A stretch of 64,000 bases of DNA from Eledone cirrhosa (Eukaryota): positions 34,906,001 to 34,970,000 of the forward strand of contig OZ024758.1 in NCBI GenBank assembly GCA_964016885.1, read 5' to 3'. Shown in pieces: positions 28,301 through 42,300 of the stretch. The translations under genes were made by a program, and so were the position numbers. A model generated the notes under the pieces. That model made no database searches. It was not told where the DNA came from and was given only the letters and a program-made list of their open reading frames with translations. The stretch's first letter is position 1, and each line of letters starts with the position of its first letter.

Positions 28301-30013
28301 AGTTCATGGTATTAGCTGTCAGAAGGAACGCCACTGTTGGTGAGAATTCATTTAAGTTCATGGTATTAGCAGTCAGAAGTAACTCCACTGTTGGTGAGAA
28401 TTCATTTAAGTTCATGGTACTAGCTGTCAGAAGTAACTCCAATGTTGGTGAGAATTCATTTAAGTTCATGGTATTAGCTGTCAGAAGGAACGCCACTGTT
28501 GGTGAGAATTCATTTAAGTTCATGATATTAGCTGTCAGAAGTAACTCCACTGTTGGTGAGAATTCATTTAAGTTCATGGTACTAGCTGTCAGAAGTAACT
28601 CCAATGTTGGTGAGAATTCATTTAAGTTCATGGTATTAGCTGTCAGAAGCAACTCCACTGTTGGTGAGAATTCATTTAAGTTCATGGTATTAGCTGTCAG
28701 AAGTAACTCCACTGTTGGTGAGAATTCATTTAAGTCATGGTATTAGCTGACAGAAGTAACTCCATTGTTGGTGAGAATTCATTTAAGTCATGGTACTAGC
28801 TGTCAGAAGTAACTCCACTGTTGGTGAGAATTCATTTAAGTTCATGGTATTAGCAGTCAGAAGTCACTCCACTGTTGGTGAGAATTCATTTAAGTTCATG
28901 GTACTAGCTGTCAGAAATAACCCCAATGTTGGTGAGAATTCATTTAAGTTCATGGTATTAGCTGTCAGAAGTCACTCCAATGTTGGTGAGAATTCATTTA
29001 AGTTCATGGTATTAGCTGTCAGAAGTAACTCCACTGTTGGTGAGAATTCATTTAAGTTCATGGTATTAGTTTGTCAGAAGTAACTCCACTGTTGGTGAGA
29101 ATTCATTTAAGTCATGGTATTAGTTGTCAGAAGTAACTCCAATGTTGGTGAGAATTAATTTAAGTTCATGGTATTAGCTGTCAGAAGGAACGCCACTGTT
29201 GGTGAGAATTCATTTAAGTTCATGGTATTAGCAGTCAGAAGTAACTCCACTGTTGGTGAGAATTCATTTAAGTTCATGGTACTAGCTGTCAGAAGTAACT
29301 CCAATGTTGGTGAGAATTCATTTAAGTTCATGGTATTAGCTGTCAGAAGGAACGCCACTGTTGGTGAGAATTCATTTAAGTTCATGATATTAGCTGTCAG
29401 AAGTAACTCCACTGTTGGTGAGAATTCATTTAAGTTCATGGTACTAGCTGTCAGAAGTAACTCCAATGTTGGTGAGAATTCATTTAAGTTCATGGTATTA
29501 GCTGTCAGAAGCAACTCCACTGTTGGTGAGAATTCATTTAAGTTCATGGTATTAGCTGTCAGAAGTAACTCCACTGTTGGTGAGAATTCATTTAAGTCAT
29601 GGTATTAGCTGACAGAAGTAACTCCATTGTTGGTGAGAATTCATTTAAGTCATGGTACTAGCTGTCAGAAGTAACTCCACTGTTGGTGAGAATTCATTTA
29701 AGTTCATGGTATTAGCAGTCAGAAGTCACTCCACTGTTGGTGAGAATTCATTTAAGTTCATGGTACTAGCTGTCAGAAATAACCCCAATGTTGGTGAGAA
29801 TTCATTTAAGTTCATGGTATTAGCTGTCAGAAGTCACTCCAATGTTGGTGAGAATTCATTTAAGTTCATGGTATTAGCTGTCAGAAGTAACTCCACTGTT
29901 GGTGAGAATTCATTTAAGTTCATGGTATTAGTTTGTCAGAAGTAACTCCACTGTTGGTGAGAATTCATTTAAGTCATGGTATTAGTTGTCAGAAGTAACT
30001 CCAATGTTGGTGA
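28290..30013. repeat. 862-bp (16-monomer) near-perfect tandem duplication
   Basis: 28306>29168 and 28790>29652 are both 862. Shared CATGATATTAGC (28521/29383), AGAAGCAAC, GCTGACAGA and AGAAATAACCCC. Confidence 0.92.
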
Positions 30014-32019
30014 GAATTCATGTAAGTTCATGGTACTAGCTGTCAGAAGTAACTCCACTGTTGGTGAGAATTCATTTAAGTTCATGGTATTAGCTGTCAG
30101 AAGTAACTCCACTGTTGGTGAGAATTCATTTAATTCATGGTATTAGCTGTCAGAAGTAACTCCATTGTTGGTGAGAATTCATTTAAGTCATGGTACTAGC
30201 TGTCAGAAGTAACTCCAATGTTGGTGAGAATTCATTTAAGTCATGGTACTAGCTGTCAGAAGTAACTCCAATGTTGGTGAGAATTCATTTAAGTTCATGG
30301 TATTAGCTGTCAGAAGGAACTCCACTGTTGGTGAGAATTCATTTAAGTTCATGGTATTAGCTGTCAGAAGTAACTCCACTGTTGGTGAGAATTCATTTAA
30401 GTTCATGGTATTAGCAGTCAGAAGTAACTCCACTGTTGGTGAGAATTCATTTAAGTTCATGGTACTAGCTGTCAGAAGTAACTCCAATGTTGGTGAGAAT
30501 TCATTTAAGTTCATGGTATTAGCTGTCAGAAGTAACTCCACTGTTGGTGAGAATTCATTTAAGTCATGGTATTAGCTGTCAGAAGTAACTCCAATGTTGG
30601 TGAGAATTCATTTAAGTTCATGGTATTAGCTGTCAGAAGTAACTCCACTGTTGGTGAGAATTCATTTAAGTTCATGGTACTAGCTGTCAGAAGTAACTCC
30701 AATGTTGGTGAGAATTCATTTAAGTTCATGGTATTAGCTGTCAGAAGCAACTCCACTGTTGGTGAGAATTCATTTATGTTCATGGTATTAGCTGTCAGAA
30801 GTAACTCCACTGTTGGTGAGAATTCATTTAAGTCATGGTATTAGCTGACAGAAGTAACTCCATTGTTGGTGAGAATTCATTTAAGTCATGGTACTAGCTG
30901 TCAGAAGTAACTCCAATGTTGGTGAGAATTCATTTAAGTCATGGTACTAGCTGTCAGAAGTAACTCCAATGTTGGTGAGAATTCATTTAAGTTCATGGTA
31001 TTAGCTGTCAGAAGGAACTCCACTGTTGGTGAGAATTCATTTAAGTTCATGGTTTTAGCTGTCAGAAGTAACTCCACTGTTGGTGAGAATTCATTTAAGT
31101 TCATGGTATTAGCAGTCAGAAGTAACTCCACTGTTGGTGAGAATTCATTTAAGTTCATGGTACTAGCTGTCAGAAGTAACTCCAATGTTGGTGAGAATTC
31201 ATTTAAGTTCATGGTATTAGCTGTCAGAAGTAACTCCACTGTTGGTGAGAATTCATTTAAGTCATGGTATTAGCTGTCAGAAGTAACTCCAATGTTGGTG
31301 AGAATTCATTTAAGTTCATGGTATTAGCTGTCAGAAGTAACTCCACTGTTGGTGAGAATTCATTTAAGTTCATGGTATTAGCTGTCAGAAGTAACTCCAC
31401 TGTTGGTGAGAATTCATTTAAGTTCATGGTACTAGCTGTCAGAAGTAACTCCACTGTTGGTGAGAATTCATTTAAGTTCATGGTATTAGTTTGTCAGAAG
31501 TAACTCCACTGTTGGTGAGAATTCATTTAAGTCATGGTATTAGTTGTCAGAAGTAACTCCAATGTTGGTGAGAATTCATTTAGGTTCATGGTACTAGCTG
31601 TCAGAAGTAACTCCAATGTTGGTGAGAATTCATTTAAGTCATGGTACTAGCTGTCAGAAGTAACTCCAATGTTGGTGAGAATTCATTTAAGTACATGGTA
31701 TTAGCTATCAGAAGTAACTCCACTGTTGGTGAGAATTCATTTAAGTTCATGGTATTAGCTGTCAGAAGTAACTCCACTGTTGGTGAGAATTCATTTAAGT
31801 CATGGTATTAGCTGTCAGAAGTAACTCCAATGTTGGTGAGAATTCATTTAAGTTCATGGTATTAGCTGTCAGAAGTCACTCCACTGTTGGTGAGAACTCA
31901 TTTAAGTTCATGGTACTAGCTGTCAGAAGTAACACCAATGTTGGTGAGAATTCATTTAAGTTCATGGTATTAGCTGTCAGAAGTCACTCCAATGTTGGTG
32001 AGAATTCATTTAAGTTCAT

Positions 32020-34760
32020 GGTATTAGCTGTCAGAAGTAACTCCACTGTTGGTGAGAATTCATTTAAGTTCATGGTACTAGCTGTCAGAAGTAACTCCAA
32101 TGTTGGTGAGAATTCATTTAAGTTCATGGTATTAGCTGTCAGAAGCAACTCCACTGTTGGTGAGAATTCATTTAAGTTCATGGTATTAGCTGTCAGAAGT
32201 AACTCCACTGTTGGTGAGAATTCATTTAAGTCATGGTATTAGCTGACAGAAGTAACTCCATTGTTGGTGAGAATTCATTTAAGTCATGGTACTAGCTGTC
32301 AGAAGTAACTCCACTGTTGGTGAGAATTCATTTAAGTTCATGGTATTAGCAGTCAGAAGTCACTCCACTGTTGGTGAGAATTCATTTAAGTTCATGGTAC
32401 TAGCTGTCAGAAATAACCCCAATGTTGGTGAGAATTCATTTAAGTTCATGGTATTAGCTGTCAGAGGTCACTCCAATGTTGGTGAGAATTCATTTAAGTT
32501 CATGGTATTAGCTGTCAGAAGTAACTCCACCGTTGGTGAGAATTCATTTAAGTTCATGGTATTAGTTTGTCAGAAGTAACTCCACTGTTGGTGAGAATTC
32601 ATTTAAGTCATGGTATTAGTTGTCAGAAGTAACTCCAATGTTGGTGAGAATTCATTTAAGTTCATGGTACTAGCTGTCAGAAGTAACTCCAATGTTGGTG
32701 AGAATTCATTTAAGTTCATGGTATTAGCTGTCAGAAGGAACTCCACTGTTGGTGAGAATTCATTTAAGTTCATGGTATTAGCTGTCAGAAGTAACTCCAC
32801 TGTTGGTGAGAATTCATTTAATTCATGGTATTAGCTGTCAGAAGTAACTCCATTGTTGGTGAGAATTCATTTAAGTCATGGTACTAGCTGTCAGAAGTAA
32901 CTCCAATGTTGGTGAGAATTCATTTAAGTCATGGTACTAGCTGTCAGAAGTAACTCCAATGTTGGTGAGAATTCATTTAAGTTCATGGTATTAGCTGTCA
33001 GAAGGAACTCCACTGTTGGTGAGAATTCATTTAAGTTCATGGTATTAGCTGTCAGAAGTAACTCCACTGTTGGTGAGAATTCATTTAAGTTCATGGTATT
33101 AGCAGTCAGATGTAACTCCACTGTTGGTGAGAATTCATTTAAGTTCATGGTACTAGCTGTCAGAAGTAACTCCAATGTTGGTGAGAATTCATTTAAGTTC
33201 ATGGTATTAGCTGTCAGAAGTAACTCCACTGTTGGTGAGAATTCATTTAAGTCATGGTATTAGCTGTCAGAAGTAACTCCAATGTTGGTGAGAATTCATT
33301 TAAGTTCATGGTATTAGCTGTCAGAAGTAACTCCACTGTTGGTGAGAATTCATTTAAGTTCATGGTATTAGCTGTCAGAAGTAACTCCACTGTTGGTGAG
33401 AATTCATTTAAGTTCATGGTACTAGCTGTCAGAAGTAACTCCAATGTTGGTGAGAATTCATTTAAGTTCATGGTATTAGCTGTCAGAAGCAACTCCACTG
33501 TTGGTGAGAATTCATTTAAGTTCATGGTATTAGCTGTCAGAAGTAACTCCACTGTTGGTGAGAATTCATTTAAGTCATGGTATTAGCTGACAGAAGTAAC
33601 TCCATTGTTGGTGAGAATTCATTTAAGTCATGGTACTAGCTGTCAGAAGTAACTCCACTGTTGGTGAGAATTCATTTAAGTTCATGGTATTAGCAGTCAG
33701 AAGTCACTCCACTGTTGGTGAGAATTCATTTAAGTTCATGGTACTAGCTGTCAGAAATAACCCCAATGTTGGTGAGAATTCATTTAAGTTCATGGTATTA
33801 GCTGTCAGAAGTCACTCCAATGTTCGTGAGAATTCATTTAAGTTCATGGTATTAGCTGTCAGAAGTAACTCCACTGTTGGTGAGAATTCATTTAAGTTCA
33901 TGGTATTAGTTTGTCAGAAGTAACTCCACTGTTGGTGAGAATTCATTTAAGTCATGGTATTAGTTGTCAGAAGTAACTCCAATGTTGGTGAGAATTCATT
34001 TAAGTTCATGGTACTAGCTGTCAGAAGTAACTCCAATGTTGGTGAGAATTCATTTAAGTTCATGGTATTAGCTGTCAGAAGGAACTCCACTGTTGGTGAG
34101 AATTCATTTAAGTTCATGGTATTAGCTGTCAGAAGTAACTCCACTGTTGGTGAGAATTCATTTAATTCATGGTATTAGCTGTCAGAAGTAACTCCATTGT
34201 TGGTGAGAATTCATTTAAGTCATGGTACTAGCTGTCAGAAGTAACTCCAATGTTGGTGAGAATTCATTTAAGTCATGGTACTAGCTGTCAGAAGTAACTC
34301 CAATGTTGGTGAGAATTCATTTAAGTTCATGGTATTAGCTGTCAGAAGAAACTCCACTGTTGGTGAGAATTCATTTAAGTTCATGGTATTAGCTGTCAGA
34401 AGTAACACCACTGTTGGTGAGAATTCATTTAAGTTCATGGTATTAGCAGTCAGAAGTAACTCCACTGTTGGTGAGAATTCATTTAAGTTCATGGTACTAG
34501 CTGTCAGAAGTAACTCCAATGTTGGTGAGAATTCATTTAAGTTCATGGTATTAGCTGTCAGAAGTAACTCCACTGTTGGTGAGAATTCATTTAAGTCATG
34601 GTATTAGCTGTCAGAAGTAACTCCAATGTTGGTGAGAATTCATTTAAGTTCATGGTATTAGCTGTCAGAAGTAACTCCACTGTTGGTGAGAATTCATTTA
34701 AGTTCATGGTATTAGCTGTCAGAAGTAACTCCACTGTTGGTGAGAATTCATTTAAGTTCA
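32020..34760. repeat. 1344-bp (25-monomer) tandem duplication
   Basis: Offsets 32286>33630, 32610>33954, 32931>34275 and 33254>34598 all equal 1344. Confidence 0.85.
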
Positions 34761-36537
34761 TGGTACTAGCTGTCAGAAGTAACTCCACTGTTGGTGAGAA
34801 TTCATTTAAGTTCATGGTATTAGTTTGTCAGAAGTAACTCCACTGTTGGTGAGAATTCATTTAAGTCATGGTATTAGTTGTCAGAAGTAACTCCAATGTT
34901 GGTGAGAATTCATTTAGGTTCATGGTACTAGCTGTCAGAAGTAACTCCAATGTTGGTGAGAATTCATTTAAGTCATGGTACTAGCTGTCAGAAGTAACTC
35001 CAATGTTGGTGAGAATTCATTTAAGTACATGGTATTAGCTATCAGAAGTAACTCCACTGTTGGTGAGAATTCATTTAAGTTCATGGTATTAGCTGTCAGA
35101 AGTAACTCCACTGTTGGTGAGAATTCATTTAAGTCATGGTATTAGCTGTCAGAAGTAACTCCAATGTTGGTGAGAATTCATTTAAGTTCATGGTATTAGC
35201 TGTCAGAAGTCACTCCACTGTTGCTGAGAACTCATTTAGGTTCATGGTACTAGCTGTCAGAAGTAACACCAATGTTGGTGAGAATTCATTTAAGTTCATG
35301 GTATTAGCTGTCAGAAGTCACTCCAATGTTGGTGAGAATTCATTTAAGTTCATGGTATTAGCTGTCAGAAGTAACTCCACTGTTGGTGAGAATTCATTTA
35401 AGTTCATGGTATTAGCTGTCAGAAGTGACTCCACTGTTGGTGAGAATTCATTTAAGTTGATGGTATTAGCTGTCAGAAGTAACTCCACTGTTGGTGAGAA
35501 TTCATTTAAGTTCATGGTATTAGCTGTCAGAAGGAACTCCAATGTTGGTGAGAATTCATTTAAGTCATGGTACTAGCTGTCAGAAGTAACTCCACTGTTG
35601 GTGAGAATTAATTTAAGTTCATGGTATTAGCTGTCAGAAGGAACGCCACTGTTGGTGAGAATTCATTTAAGTTCATGGTATTAGCTGTCAGAAGTAACTC
35701 CACTGTTGGTGAGAATTCATTTAAGTTCATGGTACTAGCTGTCAGAAGTAACTCCAATGTTGGTGAGAATTCATTTAAGTTCATGGTATTAGCTGTCAGA
35801 AGGAACTCCACTGTTGCTGAGAATTCATTTAAGTTCATGGTATTAGCTGTCAGAAGTAACTCCACTGTTGGTGAGAATTCATTTAAGTTCATGGTACTAG
35901 CTGTCAGAAGTAACTCCACTGTTGGTGAGAATTCATTTAAGTTCATGGTATTAGCTGTCAGAAGTCACTCCAATGTTGGTGAGAATTAATTTAAGTTCAT
36001 GGTATTAGCTGTCAGAAGTCACTCCACTGTTGGTGAGAATTCATTTAAGTTCATGGTACTAGCTGTCAGAAGTAACCCCAATGTTGGTGAGAATTCATTT
36101 AAGTTCATGGTATTAGCTGTCAGAAGTCACTCCAATGTTGGTGAGAATTCATTTAAGTTCATGGTATTAGCTGTCAGAAGTAACTCCACTGTTGGTGAGA
36201 ATTCATTTAAGTTCATGGTATTAGTTTGTCAGAAGTAACTCCACTGTTGGTGAGAATTCATTTAAGTCATGGTACTAGCTGTCAGAAGTAACTCCAATGT
36301 TGGTGAGAATTCATTTAAGTCATGGTATTAGCTGTCAGAAGTAACTCCAATGTTGGTGAGAATTCATTTAAGTTCATGGTATTAGCTGTCAGAAGTAACT
36401 CCACTGTTGGTGAGAATTCATTTAAGTTCATGGTATTAGCTGTCAGAAGTAACTCCACTGTTGGTGAGAATTCATTTAAGTTGATGGTACTAGCTGTCAG
36501 AAGTAACTCCACTGTTGGTGAGAATTCATTTAAGTTC

Positions 36538-39500
36538 ATGGTATTAGTTTGTCAGAAGTAACTCCACTGTTGGTGAGAATTCATTTAAGTCATGGTATTA
36601 GTTGTCAGAAGTAACTCCAATGTTGGTGAGAATTCATTTAAGTTCATGGTATTAGCTGTCAGAAGGAACTCCACTGTTGGTGAGAATTCATTTAAGTTCA
36701 TGGTATTAGCTGTCAGAAGGAACTCCAATGTTGGTGAGAATTCATTTAAGTCATGGTACTAGCTGTCAGAAGTAACTCCACTGTTGGTGAGAATTCATTT
36801 AAGTTCATGGTATTAGCTGTCAGAAGGAACGCCACTGTTGGTGAGAATTCATTTAAGTTCATGGTATTAGCTGTCAGAAGTAACTCCACTGTTGGTGAGA
36901 ATTCATTTAAGTTCATGGTACTAGCTGTCAGAAGTAACTCCAATGTTGGTGAGAATTCATTTAAGTTCATGGTATTAGCTGTCAGAAGCAACTCCACTGT
37001 TGGTGAGAATTCATTTAAGTTCATGGTATTAGCTGTCAGAAGTAACTCCACTGTTGGTGAGAATTCATTTAAGTCATGGTATTAGCTGACAGAAGTAACT
37101 CCATTGTTGGTGAGAATTCATTTAAGTCATGGTACTAGCTGTCAGAAGTAACTCCACTGTTGGTTAGAATTCATTTAAGTTCATGGTATTAGTTTGTCAG
37201 AAGTAACTCCACTGTTGGTGAGAATTCATTTAAGTCATGGTATTAGTTGTCAGAAGTAACTCCAATGTTGGTGAGAATTCATTTAAGTTCATGGTACTAG
37301 CTGTCAGAAGTAACTCCATTGTTGTTGAGAATTCATTGAAGTTCATGGTACTAGCTGTCAGAAGGAACTCCACTGTTGGTGAGAATTCATTTAAGTTCAT
37401 GGTATTAGCTGTCAGAAGTAACTCCACTGTTGGTGAGAATTCATTTATGTTCATGGTTCTAGCTGTCAGAAGTAACTCCAATGTTAGTGAGAATTCATTT
37501 AAGTTCATGGTATTAGCTGTCAGAAGTAACTCCACTGTTGGTGAGAATTCATTTAAGTCATGGTATTAGCTGTCAGAAGTAACTCCAATGTTGGTGAGAA
37601 TTCATTTAAGTTCATGGTATTAGCTGTCAGAAGTAACTCCACTGTTGGTGAGCATTCATTTATGTTCATGGTATTAGCTGTCAGAAGTAACTCCACTGTT
37701 GGTGAGAATTCATTTAAGTTCATGGTATTAGTTTGTCAGAAGTAACTCCACTGTTGGTGAGAATTCATTTAAGTCATGGTATTAGCTGTCAGAAGTAACT
37801 CCATTGTTGGTGAGAATTCATTTAAGTCATGGTACTAGATGTCAGAAGTAACTCCACTGTTGGTGAGAATTCATTTAAGTTCATGGTACTAGCTGCCAGA
37901 AGTAACTCCACTGTTGTTGAGAATTCATTTAAGTTCATGGTACTAGCTGTCAGAAGTAACTCCACTGTTTGTGAGAATTCATTTAAGTTCATGGTACTAG
38001 CTGTCATAAGTAACTCCACTGTTGGTGAGAATTCATTTAAGTTCATGGTATTAGCTGTCAGAAGTCACTCCACTGTTGGTGAGAATTCATTTAAGTTCAT
38101 GGTATTAGCTGTCAGAAGTCACTCCACTGTTGGTGAGAATTCATTTAAGTTCATGGTACTAGCTGTCAGAAGTAACCCCAATGTTGGTGAGAATTCATTT
38201 AAGTTCATGGTATTAGCTGTCAGAAGTCACTCCAATGTTGGTGAGAATTCATTTAAGTTCATGGTATTAGCTGTCAGAAGTAACTCCACTGTTGGTGAGA
38301 ATTCATTTAAGTTCATGGTATTAGCTGTCAGAAGTAACTCCACTGTTGGTGAGAATTCATTTAAGTTCATGGTATTAGCTGTCAGAAGTAACTCCACTGT
38401 TGGTGAGAATTCATTTAAGTTCATGGTATTAGCTGTCAGAAGGAACTCCAATGTTGGTGAGAATTCATTTAAGTTCATGGTATTAGCTGTCAGAAGTAAC
38501 TCCACTGTTGGTGAGAATTCATTTAAGTTCATGGTATTAGCTGTCAGAAGTAACTCCAATGTTGGTGAGAATTCATTTAAGTTCATGGTATTAGCTGTCA
38601 GAAGGAACTCCACTGTTGGTGAGAATTCATTTAAGTTCATGGTATTAGCTGTCAGAAGTAACTCCACTGTTGGTGAGAATTCATTTAATTCATGGTATTA
38701 GCTGTCAGAAGTAACTCCATTGTTGGTGAGAATTCATTTAAGTCATGGTACTAGCTGTCAGAAGTAACTCCAATGTTGGTGAGAATTCATTTAAGTCATG
38801 GTACTAGCTGTCAGAAGTAACTCCAATGTTGGTGAGAATTCATTTAAGTTCATGGTATTAGCTGTCAGAAGGAACTCCACTGTTGGTGAGAATTCATTTA
38901 AGTTCATGGTATTAGCTGTCAGAAGTAACTCCACTGTTGGTGAGAATTCATTTAAGTTCATGGTATTAGCAGTCAGAAGTAACTCCACTGTTGGTGAGAA
39001 TTCATTTAAGTTCATGGTACTAGCTGTCAGAAGTAACTCCAATGTTGGTGAGAATTCATTTAAGTTCATGGTATTAGCTGTCAGAAGTAACTCCACTGTT
39101 GGTGAGAATTCATTTAAGTCATGGTATTAGTTGTCAGAAGTAACTCCAATGTTGGTGAGAATTCATTTAAGTTCATGGTACTAGCTGTCAGAAGTAACTC
39201 CACTGTTGGTGAGAATTCATTTAAGTTCATGGTACTAGCTGTCAGAAGTAACTCCACTGTTGGTGAGCATTCATTTATGTTCATGGTATTAGCTGTCAGA
39301 AGTAACTCCACTGTTGGTGAGAATTCATTTAAGTTCATGGTATTAGTTTGTCAGAAGTAACTCCACTGTTGGTGAGAATTCATTTAAGTCATGGTATTAG
39401 TTGTCAGAAGTAACTCCAATGTTGGTGAGAATTCATTTAAGTTCATGGTATTAGCTGTCAGAAGGAACTCCACTGTTGGTGAGAATTCATTTAAGTTCAT

Positions 39501-42300
39501 GGTATTAGCTGTCAGAAGGAACTCCAATGTTGGTGAGAATTCATTTAAGTCATGGTACTAGCTGTCAGAAGTAACTCCACTGTTGGTGAGAATTCATTTA
39601 AGTTCATGGTATTAGCTGTCAGAAGGAACGCCACTGTTGGTGAGAATTCATTTACGTTCATGGTATTAGCTGTCAGAAGTAACTCCACTGTTGGTGAGAA
39701 TTCATTTAAGTTCATGGTACTAGCTGTCAGAAGTAACTCCAATGTTGGTGAGAATTCATTTAAGTTCATGGTATTAGCTGTCAGAAGCAACTCCACTGTT
39801 GGTGAGAATTCATTTAAGTTCATGGTATTAGCTGTCAGAAGTAACTCCACTGTTGGTGAGAATTCATTTAAGTCATGGTATTAGCTGACAGAAGTAACTC
39901 CATTGTTGGTGAGAATTCATTTAAGTCATGGTACTAGCTGTCAGAAGTAACTCCACTGTTGGTTAGAATTCATTTAAGTTCATGGTATTAGTTTGTCAGA
40001 AGTAACTCCACTGTTGGTGAGAATTCATTTAAGTCATGGTATTAGTTGTCAGAAGTAACTCCAATGTTGGTGAGAATTCATTTAAGTTCATGGTACTAGC
40101 TGTCAGAAGTAACTCCATTGTTGTTGAGAATTCATTGAAGTTCATGGTACTAGCTGTCAGAAGGAACTCCACTGTTGGTGAGAATTCATTTAAGTTCATG
40201 GTATTAGCTGTCAGAAGTAACTCCACTGTTGGTGAGAATTCATTTAAGTTCATGGTATTAGCTGTCAGAAGTAACTCCACTGTTGGTGAGAATTCATTTA
40301 AGTCATGGTATTAGCTGTCAGAAGTAACTCCAATGTTGGTGAGAATTCATTTAAGTTCATGGTATTAGCTGTCAGAAGTAACTCCACTGTTGGTGAGCAT
40401 TCATTTATGTTCATGGTATTAGCTGTCAGAAGTAACTCCACTGTTGGTGAGAATTCATTTAAGTTCATGGTATTAGTTTGTCAGAAGTAACTCCACTGTT
40501 GGTGAGAATTCATTTAAGTCATGGTATTAGTTGTCAGAAGTAACTCCAATGTTGGTGAGAATTCATTTAAGTTCATGGTACTAGCTGTCAGAAGTAACTC
40601 CACTGTTGGTGAGAATTCATTTAAGTTCATGGTATTAGCTGTCAGAAGTAACTCCACTGTTGGTGAGAATTCATTTAAGTCATGGTATTAGCTGTCAGAA
40701 GTAACTCCATTGTTGGTGAGAATTCATTTAAGTCATGGTACTAGCTGTCAGAAGTAACTCCACTGTTGGTGAGAATTCATTTAATTTCATGGTACTAGCT
40801 GCCAGAAGTAACTCCACTGTTGTTGAGAATTCATTTAAGTTCATGGTACTAGCTGTCAGAAGTAACTCCACTGTTTGTGAGAATTCATTTAAGTTCATGG
40901 TACTAGCTGTCATAAGTAACTCCACTGTTGGTGAGAATTCATTTAAGTTCATGGTATTAGCTGTCAGAAGTCACTCCACTGTTGGTGAGAATTCATTTAA
41001 GTTCATGGTATTAGCTGTCAGAAGTCACTCCACTGTTGGTGAGAATTCATTTAAGTTCATGGTACTAGCTGTCAGAAGTAACCCCAATGTTGGTGAGAAT
41101 TCATTTAAGTTCATGGTATTAGCTGTCAGAAGTCACTCCAATGTTGGTGAGAATTCATTTAAGTTCATGGTATTAGCTGTCAGAAGTAACTCCACTGTTG
41201 GTGAGAATTCATTTAAGTTCGTGGTATTAGCTGTCAGAAGTAACTCCACTGTTGGTGAGAATTCATTTAAGTTCATGGTATTAGCTGTCAGAAGTAACTC
41301 CACTGTTGGTGAGAATTCATTTAAGTTCATGGTATTAGCTGTCAGAAGGAACTCCAATGTTGGTGAGAATTCATTTAAGTTCATGGTATTAGCTGTCAGA
41401 AGTAACTCCACTGTTGGTGAGAATTCATTTAAGTTCATGGTATTAGCTGTCAGAAGTAACTCCAATGTTGGTGAGAATTCATTTAAGTTCATGGTATTAG
41501 CTGTCAGAAGGAACTCCACTGTTGGTGAGAATTCATTTAAGTTCATGGTATTAGCTGTCAGAAGTAACTCCACTGTTGGTGAGAATTCATTTAATTCATG
41601 GTATTAGCTGTCAGAAGTAACTCCATTGTTGGTGAGAATTCATTTAAGTCATGGTACTAGCTGTCAGAAGTAACTCCAATGTTGGTGAGAATTCATTTAA
41701 GTCATGGTACTAGCTGTCAGAAGTAACTCCAATGTTGGTGAGAATTCATTTAAGTTCATGGTATTAGCTGTCAGAAGGAACTCCACTGTTGGTGAGAATT
41801 CATTTAAGTTCATGGTATTAGCTGTCAGAAGTAACTCCACTGTTGGTGAGAATTCATTTAAGTTCATGGTATTAGCAGTCAGAAGTAACTCCACTGTTGG
41901 TGAGAATTCATTTAAGTTCATGGTACTAGCTGTCAGAAGTAACTCCAATGTTGGTGAGAATTCATTTAAGTTCATGGTATTAGCTGTCAGAAGTAACTCC
42001 ACTGTTGGTGAGAATTCATTTAAGTCATGGTATTAGTTGTCAGAAGTAACTCCAATGTTGGTGAGAATTCATTTAAGTTCATGGTACTAGCTGTCAGAAG
42101 TAACTCCACTGTTGGTGAGAATTCATTTAAGTTCATGGTACTAGCTGTCAGAAGTAACTCCACTGTTGGTGAGCATTCATTTATGTTCATGGTATTAGCT
42201 GTCAGAAGTAACTCCACTGTTGGTGAGAATTCATTTAAGTTCATGGTATTAGTTTGTCAGAAGTAACTCCACTGTTGGTGAGAATTCATTTAAGTCATGG
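36538..42300. repeat. About 2.8-2.9 kb (52-54 monomer) tandem duplication
   Basis: Offsets 36753>39552 and 37237>40036 are 2799; 37560>40305 is 2745; 37829>40735, 38798>41704 and 39121>42027 are 2906. Markers: TGGTTAGAAT, TTGTTGAGAATTCATTGAAG, GAGCATTCATTTATG, GCTGCCAGA, GTCATAAG. Confidence 0.85.
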
